The notes: generated by a model from the letters alone, not told the origin. A stretch of 56,564 nt of DNA from Candidatus Omnitrophota bacterium (GCA_041648915.1 JBAZOC010000003.1:1-56564); one strand, 5' to 3'; shown: positions 1 to 8,222, counted from the stretch's first letter. Made by a program: numbers and translations.

Positions 1-89
1 GTAAAGGAAGGAAATTTAGAATCCCAGAAAGAATTTCTGGAAAAGATTGGTTCGAACTTTATTTTAAAAGAGCGCCGCTTGAATTTTCC

Positions 90-109
90 GACGGAAGGTA
101 CCTTCCGTC
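90..109 (+). terminator. Stem-loop, possible intrinsic terminator of an upstream + strand gene. It lies just beyond the 3' end of tRNA-Ser on the other strand.
   Basis: Perfect inverted repeat GACGGAAGG-TA-CCTTCCGTC at 90..109, followed on the + strand by the pyrimidine/T-rich TCTTCTTC. The T-tract is imperfect. Confidence 0.3.
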
Positions 110-138
110 TCTTCTTCAAAGCCGCCCCATTTCTCAAT

Positions 139-230
139 TGGCGGAGAGGCTGGGATTCGAACCCAGGGTCCCAGTTTCCCAGGACAACTCATTAGCAGTG
201 AGTTGCTTTCGGCCGCTCAGCCACCTCTCC
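139..230 (-). tRNA. tRNA-Ser(GCU): tRNA-Ser, anticodon GCU, class II with long variable arm, CCA encoded
   Basis: The reverse complement folds by hand into a cloverleaf. Acceptor GGAGAGG/CCTCTCC; 3-bp D stem GCT/AGC; anticodon stem ACTCA/TGAGT with loop CTGCTAA. The variable arm is 7 bp with a GAAA loop. T arm CTGGG-TTCGAAT-CCCAG; discriminator G plus CCA. Confidence 0.9.
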
Positions 231-238
231 AAAACTGA

Positions 239-700
239 TTATTTTTTAGGGCGTTTCTGCTTAAAAAATTCTTTTAGTAAAAACGCAGACTCTTTCTCCA
301 AAATCCCGCTTTTGATTTTGATCCGGTGGTTTAATCTTTTATTATTGATAATATTTACTACCGAGCCGCAGGCTCCGGTTTTAGGGTCTTTGGCGCCAAA
401 GCATATACTTTTAATCCGCGCCAACACCAGTGCGCCGGCACACATACTGCACGGCTCAATTGTAACATAGAGGGTTGCCGCATTCAACCACTTTGTATTT
501 AGGAAATTCGTAGCCGAAGTAAGAGCCAACATCTCCGCGTGGGCAGTCGGATCTTTTAAGCGCTCTACCTGGTTATGGCCGCGGGCAATGACCCTTCCGC
601 CGCTGGCGATAACCGCGCCTACAGGGACTTCATCTTCGGCCAAGGCCTTTGCCGCCTCTTTTAAGGCCTCCCGCATATAATACTCGTGCGCTTTACGCAT
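239..700 (-). CDS. tadA: tRNA-specific adenosine deaminase (A34 to I34 in tRNA-Arg ACG)
   Basis: 153 aa. CDA-fold zinc motifs HAEMLAL and PCSMCAGAL; typical TadA N-terminus (MREALKEA...EVPVGAVI). ATG at 700. Confidence 0.9.
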   Translation of the reverse strand: MRKAHEYYMREALKEAAKALAEDEVPVGAVIASGGRVIARGHNQVERLKDPTAHAEMLALTSATNFLNTKWLNAATLYVTIEPCSMCAGALVLARIKSICFGAKDPKTGACGSVVNIINNKRLNHRIKIKSGILEKESAFLLKEFFKQKRPKK

Positions 701-722
701 TAGCTACCCGATAAATACAAAT

Positions 723-796
723 TGCGCCCAGCAGGATTCGAACCTGCAACAACCAGCTCCGTAGGCTGATGCTCTATCCAGTTGAGCTATGGGCGC
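723..796 (-). tRNA. tRNA-Arg(ACG): tRNA-Arg, anticodon ACG, CCA not encoded
   Basis: Reverse complement GCGCCCA-TA-GCTC-AACTGGATA-GAGC-A-TCAGC-CTACGGA-GCTGG-TTGTT-GCAGG-TTCGAAT-CCTGC-TGGGCGC-A. All four stems pair; the anticodon loop reads C-T-ACG-G-A. Confidence 0.9.
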
Positions 797-814
797 GGAT
801 ATATGAATCTTTTT

Positions 815-2155
815 TTATTTTAGCAGATCCTGGCGTTTGACGCCGAGCTCCTCCAGCGCCGCCTGCGCGTCAGCAGAATATTTACGGCAGAATTCGGTTA
901 CTTCTTTTGTCCCTCTTATTCCCTGCTTAACGAGGAGCCTGATAATATTAGAGCGCACCTTAATCTCTTCCATGATCGCAACTGTAGTCTTACCGCTTAC
1001 CTGGGCGAGCCTGTCGCGGTATTCACTGCTTACCGACGACTTCCGGAACATAGCACTCCCTAAATCATAAGTCCAGAGCGAAGATAAAAGTATAGTCTTA
1101 TCGGTCATACCGGCAGTCTCAACCAATTCTCCGACCACCCGCGTAATCTTCCCGTTTAAGGCATAACGCCGCATAATGATAAATACATCCACCAAATTTA
1201 CCAGTATCTCCGGAGAGTTCATCGGCTCATTTTCCAGGCGGATAATTGTTTCGCGCGCGGTCGAGGCGTGTAAAGTCCCCATGCAATACTTTCCGACATT
1301 CATCGCCGTCATCAGATCCTGGGCCTCCTGGCCCCTGACTTCACCCACAATGATCCTGTCCGGCCGCATGCGCAGGGAATTCTTCACTAAATCCGCCAGG
1401 CTAGTAGTCTCATCGCTCTCAAGGCGCGAGCAATTTTCTTCCAGGTCGGTATTTAACTCCAACGTATCCTCGATAACGATAATCCGGTCATTCCGGGGGA
1501 TAAAACTAAAGAGCGCGTTAAGCAAAGTTGATTTTCCCGTTCCCGGGCCTCCGGATATGATAACGTTTGCCGGTTTGATCCTTAGGCCTTCGACATAAAG
1601 CCATAATTGAGCGGTAATTTCCGGGTTAAGCGTGCCATTTTCAACCAATTCAATTATGCTTAAAGGCTTTTCTTTAGCCCGGGTCAAAGTAACCTGCGGG
1701 CCAAAAGGAGAGTAGACGATGTTTGCCCTTCCTTTTATTTCCACCAGCTCAACATTGTTTATTTTATTTATCGTCTTCCTGCCGGAGAAGATCACTAATT
1801 TCTTGATAAATAAGTCCAACTCTTCCCTGGATGCGAATTTTTTATCTGTCTTGACCAAACCGTATTTTGTCTTATGCACGTAGATAGGAGAAAGATAATT
1901 TACCATGATATCTTCCACATCGGGGTCAGCCAGCAATTCATCAATCACGCCGTAGGAAAGGAATTCATTAAATAAGGCCTCCAGGTCCAGGTTTTTCAAC
2001 TTGCTGACCAGGTTCTGGCCGCTTGCGGAATTATATACCTCTAAAAACGTCTGGAATATGATTTCGCGCTTGCGCGCAAGGTCCTGCAACAGGAAGATCT
2101 TGCCGGCTAGCCTTTCCAGAATTTCGTTTTCTATGGTGATTCTTTCTCTTTCCAT
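815..2155 (-). CDS. Type II/IV secretion system family ATPase (CpaF/TadA/FlaI-like hexameric ATPase)
   Basis: 446 aa. Walker A GGPGTGKST; Asp box IIVIEDTLEL; Walker B/Arg finger region RPDRIIVGEVRG; His box GTLHAS. AGGAG Shine-Dalgarno before the ATG at 2155. Confidence 0.8.
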   Translation of the reverse strand: MERERITIENEILERLAGKIFLLQDLARKREIIFQTFLEVYNSASGQNLVSKLKNLDLEALFNEFLSYGVIDELLADPDVEDIMVNYLSPIYVHKTKYGLVKTDKKFASREELDLFIKKLVIFSGRKTINKINNVELVEIKGRANIVYSPFGPQVTLTRAKEKPLSIIELVENGTLNPEITAQLWLYVEGLRIKPANVIISGGPGTGKSTLLNALFSFIPRNDRIIVIEDTLELNTDLEENCSRLESDETTSLADLVKNSLRMRPDRIIVGEVRGQEAQDLMTAMNVGKYCMGTLHASTARETIIRLENEPMNSPEILVNLVDVFIIMRRYALNGKITRVVGELVETAGMTDKTILLSSLWTYDLGSAMFRKSSVSSEYRDRLAQVSGKTTVAIMEEIKVRSNIIRLLVKQGIRGTKEVTEFCRKYSADAQAALEELGVKRQDLLK

Positions 2156-2205
2156 CCCTGCTCCTCTCTTGGCTTAAGCAAACCGCCTGACTTTCGTCGA
2201 TAGAT

Positions 2206-2234
2206 ATATTATAACATATCTATTCCGCTGTCAA
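2206..2234 (-). promoter_or_regulatory. Sigma70-like promoter for the ATPase gene
   Basis: On the minus strand, TTGACA (2234..2229) is followed by TAATAT after a 17-nt spacer, or by TATAAT (2213..2208) after 15 nt. It lies about 55 nt upstream of the ATG at 2155. Confidence 0.4.
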
Positions 2235-2266
2235 CGCCCTAAGCATGATACGCTGCAACCTCTATT

Positions 2267-2782
2267 CTATATTGCTAAATCGCTATTAACCGAATCCTGG
2301 CCACCTTCTAAAGATACAATTTTCCAAGCGCCGCCTTCTTTAATAAAAAAATAACGTAACTTTCGTAAGGTCTTAACCTGTCGAGCTCCCTCCAAGTTGA
2401 ATGCCGAAATATTATAGCTCGCCAGCATAGTCGCTTTATTATCCGTTATATTGTATTCAAGTATATTTAAGTTACTGAATGACCTATTTACTACGTTTTT
2501 AAATAAATTTTCATAATAAAGTTTTGTCCAGTCATAATCCCGAAATTTATTTTGGACTATTCCTGAAAATTCTTTTGAGGTGTAACCCATTACGCAATCT
2601 AAATCGCCTTGAGCAATACACTCCAGATAACTTTCCAATACTTTTTTAATTTCTGAGAAATCTTTCTCCTCTGTTTTCGAACTCAACGAAACTGATCCTG
2701 TTTCTTCAGCTGGCACGAGCACAACCCTATACCCTAGTTGCACTATCAAGATAAGTGCTAAAAGCAAAGGCCATTTTTTCAT
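2267..2782 (-). CDS. Secreted small protein, possibly NTF2/SnoaL-like fold
   Basis: N-terminal signal-peptide-like MKKWPLLLALILIVQL. The LECIAQGDLDCVMGY segment resembles NTF2-like domain starts. I chose the second ATG (2782) because AAGGAGG sits 6 nt upstream of it. Confidence 0.45.
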   Translation of the reverse strand: MKKWPLLLALILIVQLGYRVVLVPAEETGSVSLSSKTEEKDFSEIKKVLESYLECIAQGDLDCVMGYTSKEFSGIVQNKFRDYDWTKLYYENLFKNVVNRSFSNLNILEYNITDNKATMLASYNISAFNLEGARQVKTLRKLRYFFIKEGGAWKIVSLEGGQDSVNSDLAI

Positions 2783-2832
2783 TTTCATCCTCCTTTGTTT
2801 TAAATCCCTTGAATCTACCCCGATAATTGCGC

Positions 2833-4200
2833 CTATCCTTCCTGCTTCTGCAAATTTCCTGCCTCCTGCGAGAAATATTCGTTGATCTGCCCGTAAATCT
2901 TTCTTAATTTATCGCCGGATACCTTACAGAAACTAAAAGGATTTTCGGTGAAATGGGCTGTTTCCAATTCCTTAATCTGCGCGGTAAATGCAGGTTGATT
3001 TCTTAAATCATTATAGAGGGCCGAACCCGGGAGAGGAGAAAACAGGCTCCAGGTATATTTATCAAGTCTTAATTTTTTAGCCAAGTCAAAAGTCATCTCA
3101 ATGTCTTCTAGTGCCTCTCCCGGTATGCCAATCATAAAAAAACCCGCTACTTTCGCATGCCGCTTAACCATTTGGACTATCCCCTGGATTTTATCAACAT
3201 CTATTCCTTTAGCTAAGGTTTTCAGGCTTTTAGGCGAACCGGATTCTATCCCTAGATCCAGCTGCACAAGCCCAGCCTCCTTTTCTATAATAAGTTCCTC
3301 CTCATCTACCAGGTCAACCCGGGTATTATACTGCCAGGAGATCTTTAAGCCCCTCTTCTTAATTTCAGAACAAAAAGCAAAAACCCATTTCTTATCCAGG
3401 TTAAAAATGCTATCCTTAAACCAGATCCCTTCCAATGAATATTTTTCCTTTAAATATTCCATCTCGCTAACTACTCTTTCCGGGCTTTTTACCCTGAATC
3501 TTCTGCCCATAGTCTGATGGACAGCGCAAAAAGAACAAAAGTAAGGGCAGCCCCGCGATACAAGCATTGAAATTCCGCGTAACCCCCTTAAATTTTTATT
3601 ATATTGAACATATCTTTCTACGGGGAAAGAAGCATAATCCGCAAGAGGTAAAGAATTTAGGTCCTCAATCAAGGGCGCCATATTCCGGGTCTTTACGCTG
3701 CCATTTTTATAACAAAGCCCGGGGATATCTTTTAGCTTATCCTTGAGCCTTCCTGACAATACCGCCTCCAGGGGCATCTCTCCTTCGCCGCGCACGATAA
3801 AATCAATATTTTTATCTTCTAGGCAACCTTCCGGGTTCACCGTAGGATGAACGCCGCCTAGAATAACCTTTGCTGTTGGAAGAACCTGCTTGGTTAGCCT
3901 TGCTATACGTTGGACCGAAGGCAAGGTTGGAGTCATTGTAGTAATGCCTACAATTGAAGGCCGTTTTTCAAGCAACAATTTCTCCATCTCTTTTTCTTCC
4001 ATCATAAGGCCAACCATATCTATTAGTTTAACATCAAACTTCTTTTCCCTAAGATAGGCGCAAAGAGAACCCAACCCTAACGGAGGCTCAAAGGGATGAA
4101 TATACATATTGCCCCCTTTAATCCAATGCCCATATTCCTTACTGCGGCTGGACATTTCATCAGGAGTAAAATAAGGCGGATTTACCAGTAAGATATCCAT
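2833..4200 (-). CDS. B12-binding-domain radical SAM enzyme (class B type)
   Basis: 455 aa. N-terminal MDILLVNPP Rossmann-like domain with GGVHPT. The cluster motif SRGCPYFCSFCAV is CX3CX2C. Confidence 0.85.
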   Translation of the reverse strand: MDILLVNPPYFTPDEMSSRSKEYGHWIKGGNMYIHPFEPPLGLGSLCAYLREKKFDVKLIDMVGLMMEEKEMEKLLLEKRPSIVGITTMTPTLPSVQRIARLTKQVLPTAKVILGGVHPTVNPEGCLEDKNIDFIVRGEGEMPLEAVLSGRLKDKLKDIPGLCYKNGSVKTRNMAPLIEDLNSLPLADYASFPVERYVQYNKNLRGLRGISMLVSRGCPYFCSFCAVHQTMGRRFRVKSPERVVSEMEYLKEKYSLEGIWFKDSIFNLDKKWVFAFCSEIKKRGLKISWQYNTRVDLVDEEELIIEKEAGLVQLDLGIESGSPKSLKTLAKGIDVDKIQGIVQMVKRHAKVAGFFMIGIPGEALEDIEMTFDLAKKLRLDKYTWSLFSPLPGSALYNDLRNQPAFTAQIKELETAHFTENPFSFCKVSGDKLRKIYGQINEYFSQEAGNLQKQEG

Positions 4201-4204
4201 AGTT

Positions 4205-4888
4205 CTAACTGCTCTCGGGTTTTTTTGCTAAAATTAACCAAAAAAGATTTTTGTGCTCAGGGTAGCGCGCCGTATATTCCGTATGTTGAAGCTCCAGCTC
4301 TTCCATTCCCAATATCTCAAAACCGGCAAAATGTCCGGCTACTTCGTCTTGAGTAAAAAAGTGATAAATAATACCGCTGAGCCCATCGCAATCCAGACAG
4401 AAGGTATTGGGTTCTATTTCTTTACCTTTGTGCTTCCCTAGATGAAATAATGTATTATTGGTTGAACGGATACTGGCATAAATAATCCCTCCCGGCCGTA
4501 AAATTCTTTTTACTTCAGAGAATGATTTTTTAACTTCATTGATTTTCCCAAGATAGAGGGCCCGCCAGGCAAGAACCGCATCAAAGAAATTATCGGAATA
4601 CCCCGTCTTGCGCATATCGCCTAACCTAACCTCTGCCGATAACCCTTCTTTTCCCAAGGTATCTTTGGTGGTTTTAACGGCGGCAGGAGATATATCCAGC
4701 GCAAAAGCCTTAAAATCTTCCCTGGCCAAAAGAAGCGTGTGCCGGCCCTGCCCACAACCTAAATCCAGGACCTTATTTAAGCCGGATTTTTTGAATAAAC
4801 TCAATTTGTTAAGGACATGGCTATCCGGATCGACTAACCCGTAAGTTTTTGTAGCAATCATCCTATCCCAGCCGGTTCGAGAATTCAT
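4205..4888 (-). CDS. Class I SAM-dependent methyltransferase
   Basis: Motif I VLDLGCGQGRHT; post-I LDIS; GGIIY. The start is set at the ATG at 4888, which forms an ATGA overlap with the stop of the upstream gene. The longer ORF reaching 4942 would overlap that gene by 58 nt. Confidence 0.85.
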   Translation of the reverse strand: MNSRTGWDRMIATKTYGLVDPDSHVLNKLSLFKKSGLNKVLDLGCGQGRHTLLLAREDFKAFALDISPAAVKTTKDTLGKEGLSAEVRLGDMRKTGYSDNFFDAVLAWRALYLGKINEVKKSFSEVKRILRPGGIIYASIRSTNNTLFHLGKHKGKEIEPNTFCLDCDGLSGIIYHFFTQDEVAGHFAGFEILGMEELELQHTEYTARYPEHKNLFWLILAKKPESS

Positions 4889-6039
4889 AAATCCTTTTCC
4901 AGGGCTTCTTTTAAGGCGCAACAACAACCGCAACGGACACAACCCGCTTTATGTTCAAGGGGATTCAACGAATACATAATCATCAGGTTTTTTAGCTCTT
5001 TATATATTTTAACCAGGCTCTTGAGGCCAGGCGGAGGCAGCTGCTCCAGCGGAGAACCCATTAATGGCCGGAAAGCGGTAACGTGAGGAATACCGCCGTT
5101 CTCGCAAATTGCTTTACATCCGGCAATTGTGCCTTCCGGAGGCTCAAGCCCGGCAATAAGCCAGGAACTAACCTGATTCCTGCCAAAAACATCTACCGCT
5201 TGTTTTATCGCCTCTAAATATACTCCCACTGAATAAAGCTTTGCTTTTTTCGGCATAAGCTCTTTTCTTATTTTTTCCTCATATATTTCCATATTGAAAC
5301 TTATCGTATCCAATCCTGCCATCTTTAACTCTTTTACCCTAGGCCGGCTGATCGGGCAAATCTGGATAGAAATAGGTATGGCGCTGACTCTTCTGATAGC
5401 TTGGATCGCCTGAAGATACAGGTTAAACGTTGCTTCTTCGGAAAGCGACCCAGAGTTTATGTTTACTTCCCGAAATGATAAATATTCTTTTTCCCCATGC
5501 ATAGACCTATAAGCAGAAAGTTCGTTTTCACCCATTATCCTTTTTAATGCCCTGCTCATCTCTTCGGGTTTTTTGGTGACAAACTCGCCTCCTGTTTCTA
5601 AGGCACAAAATTTACATCCGCCCGCGCCCTGTTTATAGCTGCAAACATTAGAAAGAGTAGTAGCAATAACATCATTTCCGTGATGCTGGAAGATACTCCG
5701 GATTCCGGGATCAAAATGCCAGGAGGGTACCCCCGTGGGCGTAGCTTTAATAATGGGCTTATCTTTCTTCTTAATCCATCCTTGGCCATTGAAAACAGTA
5801 AATACATAGGGAGAATCTCTTACGAAAGGTTCGCGGACCGCTAAATTAACCGGATATACCTTGCCTTCTTGCTCAAGGGAAAAACATCTTCCTTCAGATA
5901 AAGAAGCTCTTTTCATCCCGTGCCCGGAATATCCCGGGGCAGGAATAATGCTTTTTTTTATGGCAGGGTCCAGGCCCTCGTCTAACCTTAGGCCGTGACA
6001 GAATAAATCCAGCTTTAACTCTAGCAGGTTAATGCCCAT
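4885..6039 (-). CDS. Radical-SAM-like TIM-barrel enzyme with non-canonical Cys spacing
   Basis: 384 aa. The only N-terminal Cys triad is NVCSYKQGAGGCKFCALETGG (C-X8-C-X2-C). The downstream region is biotin-synthase-like (NINSGSL..., GLDTISFNMEIY). The C-terminus is Cys-rich: CVRCGCCC. Confidence 0.6.
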   Translation of the reverse strand: MGINLLELKLDLFCHGLRLDEGLDPAIKKSIIPAPGYSGHGMKRASLSEGRCFSLEQEGKVYPVNLAVREPFVRDSPYVFTVFNGQGWIKKKDKPIIKATPTGVPSWHFDPGIRSIFQHHGNDVIATTLSNVCSYKQGAGGCKFCALETGGEFVTKKPEEMSRALKRIMGENELSAYRSMHGEKEYLSFREVNINSGSLSEEATFNLYLQAIQAIRRVSAIPISIQICPISRPRVKELKMAGLDTISFNMEIYEEKIRKELMPKKAKLYSVGVYLEAIKQAVDVFGRNQVSSWLIAGLEPPEGTIAGCKAICENGGIPHVTAFRPLMGSPLEQLPPPGLKSLVKIYKELKNLMIMYSLNPLEHKAGCVRCGCCCALKEALEKDL

Positions 6040-6045
6040 AATTTG

Positions 6046-6666
6046 TTATCCAATCCATAGACCTTCCAGCCGTGCCTGTAAACCGGCAGGGGTACGGTTA
6101 AGATAATTGACCAGGCCGCTGTGCCTCCATTGCAGCATGCACCTGCGCGGCTGAAAAAAATAACGTATTCCTATTTTAACTTCGCAACGGCTATCCTGGA
6201 TTAATCCTTCATAGGCCAACGCAACATAATATCCTAAATCCTTAAAACTTTTTTGCCGCGGAGTAAGCGGGCCGGTAACGCACCAGGCCATCACGCCGGT
6301 TTTTTTATCAACATCCATAATTATGCCGGAATGCGTCACCGGGCAACCGCAAGATACTCCTAATGGCCGGCCGATGATTATTTCTCCTGCCTTAAGGTCC
6401 ATTTCGCGGGTAAGCGTCGGATTATGCGGAATAATGATTTCCCGCGGGCCGGGTTCCTCGGGAAAATGATCCAGGACAAAATCGAATTCTCTCCCTAAGG
6501 AATCTTTCCAGGCCGCCGGGTTATTCCCAGCGGTTTCCTGCTTTATTTTTTCTCCGCTGGCTTGGGCATAAATACAATTTTTGATTAAAGCGGGGTTTTC
6601 TTTTAACTGCTCATAGAACTCAGCGCAGGTACGAAATCCACACCCTCCGCAATCTTGCATCTTCAT
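6046..6666 (-). CDS. Fe-S cluster domain protein (RnfB / corrinoid Fe-S protein N-terminal-type CX2CX4C domain)
   Basis: 206 aa. N-terminal MQDCGGCGFRTCAEF; later GVSCGCPVTH. An ATGA overlap with the upstream GTPase gene lies at 6663..6666. Confidence 0.55.
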   Translation of the reverse strand: MKMQDCGGCGFRTCAEFYEQLKENPALIKNCIYAQASGEKIKQETAGNNPAAWKDSLGREFDFVLDHFPEEPGPREIIIPHNPTLTREMDLKAGEIIIGRPLGVSCGCPVTHSGIIMDVDKKTGVMAWCVTGPLTPRQKSFKDLGYYVALAYEGLIQDSRCEVKIGIRYFFQPRRCMLQWRHSGLVNYLNRTPAGLQARLEGLWIG

Positions 6667-7364
6667 TCGCCCCTGTAGAAAAGCTGGTTATCCAAAGTCC
6701 TCACTACCCCAAAGTGCTGCTTCCAGCCGATTTCTTTTTTACCCACACAAACAGTGCAGGTCCCCACAGGAGGGTTCCCCCGCAGGTAAAGGGGGAATTT
6801 TACATCACGGGAATTATAAATCATTTTTACTATCGGCTCAACCCCTATTCCATGCAGCGCATCGGATTCAATAATCCGCATCCCCGGGCAGGCCTCCAGT
6901 ATCCTTGCCCGGAAGACTTCTCTTTCGGCTTGAGAAATTAAATCAATTTTAGTAACTACCGTAATATCCGCCAGCGAGAGCATCGGCCCGATCTTTCTCG
7001 GCAAGTTCATTCCGCTGGTGGCCTCAAGCACTACCATGCCAAACGCTCCCTCAACATAAGGAGAACACCTAAGGCACAACCCTGCCGTTTCCACCACCAG
7101 CGTTGTCGCTTTTTCCTTGCCTGCCCATTCCACCGCATCGCCTAATACCATCACGTTACAATGATCCGGGCAAAGTTCTCCGGAATAAACTTTTTTGACC
7201 GGAATGGAAAATTCCCGTACGAAGAATTCATCCTCGGTGGCGAATTGAACATCGGTTTTAACGAACGCAACGCTCTCCCCTTTATCCTTAAGCCTCTTTA
7301 TAACATGTTTTAAGATAGTAGTTTTACCGGTTGTCGGAGGGCCTGAGCAAATTACTAATTTCAT
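6663..7364 (-). CDS. G3E-family P-loop GTPase (HypB/UreG/CooC/CobW/MeaB-like metallochaperone class)
   Basis: 233 aa. Walker A SGPPTTGKTT; VETAGLCLRC at the position of the HypB ENVGNLVCP segment; G4-like TKID. Extra Cys pairs CPDHC and CTVC. Confidence 0.65.
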   Translation of the reverse strand: MKLVICSGPPTTGKTTILKHVIKRLKDKGESVAFVKTDVQFATEDEFFVREFSIPVKKVYSGELCPDHCNVMVLGDAVEWAGKEKATTLVVETAGLCLRCSPYVEGAFGMVVLEATSGMNLPRKIGPMLSLADITVVTKIDLISQAEREVFRARILEACPGMRIIESDALHGIGVEPIVKMIYNSRDVKFPLYLRGNPPVGTCTVCVGKKEIGWKQHFGVVRTLDNQLFYRGE

Positions 7365-8155
7365 TACGGCTCCTTAAGATGGGATTTAGTAATAACTTCT
7401 CCGCTACGCATATGCGACCTTAAGCGCAATAACAGATCATCAATCTTTTTAACATGCTCGACTACTTCCTTTTCTTCTCCGTTAGTAACAATCACTTTTT
7501 GCATCGAGCCGCTCTTCATAATTATCCGAAAGTCAGAAAGAAGTATAATCCGGGGGTCATGAGTAACAAAAATAAAAATTTTCTTATACTGTTTTAAAAG
7601 CTCCAGGACCTTGGTGCGGTGGATACCGGCATTTTCGATCTCGTCTAAAAGGATTATTGGAGACTCTCCGATTACTACTGCGTCTGCAATCATAAGCGCG
7701 CGCGTCTGGCCACCGGAGAGTTCGGTCATCGCGCTATGCGTATCAATAGGCTCTCCGGTTAACTGGTTTGCAAATATGAGCGTTTCGTTTACGATCGAGT
7801 TTTCTCTGCCGGAACCGCGGATAGAAGCATGTGTGGCTAAAAAATCCTCCACCCGCATATCAGAAAGAAAATTCGTATGCTGGGTAATCAAGGCGATCAG
7901 CCGGTCTGAGGGCATAGGGCAATATTCTTCGGAAGGCACTATGCCATTAAGCATAACCGTACGCTGCGAAGGCGTATTTTTATTCGCCAAGAGCTCGATA
8001 TCTTTTATCAGGGTAGTCTTGCCTGAACCGGTAGCGCCCACAATACTGACTACCTGGCCCATCTTAAATTCTACTTCCCGGACCGGCTCAGGCTGCCTAT
8101 CCTTGCCATAACCGCCAAGAATACCAATACGTTCCAATCTGGCTATCTTCTCCAT
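7364..8155 (-). CDS. ABC-type ATPase with no cognate permease in the window
   Basis: 263 aa. Walker A GATGSGKTT; Q-loop ITQH; signature LSGGQ; Walker B IILLDE; H-loop VTHD. The stop overlaps the next start as TAATG at 7362..7366. Confidence 0.85.
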   Translation of the reverse strand: MEKIARLERIGILGGYGKDRQPEPVREVEFKMGQVVSIVGATGSGKTTLIKDIELLANKNTPSQRTVMLNGIVPSEEYCPMPSDRLIALITQHTNFLSDMRVEDFLATHASIRGSGRENSIVNETLIFANQLTGEPIDTHSAMTELSGGQTRALMIADAVVIGESPIILLDEIENAGIHRTKVLELLKQYKKIFIFVTHDPRIILLSDFRIIMKSGSMQKVIVTNGEEKEVVEHVKKIDDLLLRLRSHMRSGEVITKSHLKEP

Positions 8156-8222
8156 AGCTTATTGTAATGCAATTTTGCTCTTTCTGCCACCTTATTTTCT
8201 GTTTATTAATCTTGTCTAACCA

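Noticed and set aside
1-195. Open + strand frame entering from the left edge (VKEGNLESQKEFLEKIG...)
   Set aside because: It stays open only by reading through the hairpin at 90..109 and into tRNA-Ser. The other + frames have stops at 2..4, 17..19 and 65..67. Too little sequence is available to assign a product, so it is not reported as a CDS.
138-470. 110-aa + strand ORF from the ORF track
   Set aside because: It runs straight through tRNA-Ser and then antisense to tadA. It has a TTG start and a low-complexity translation. It is a shadow ORF.
4889-4942. N-terminal extension of the methyltransferase ORF (MCPLRLLLRLKRSPGKGF...)
   Set aside because: It would overlap the upstream gene by 58 nt. 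The internal ATG at 4888 gives a clean ATGA coupling and a normal methyltransferase length.
837-8111. Antisense ORFs inside long minus-strand genes. Examples are 837..1070, 1176..1598, 3101..3517, 4253..4441, 4608..4844, 6714..6941 and 7611..8111, with similar ones further right.
   Set aside because: Each lies entirely within a longer, motif-supported gene on the opposite strand. Their translations are Ser/Pro/Leu/Ile-rich without motifs, which is typical of shadow frames.
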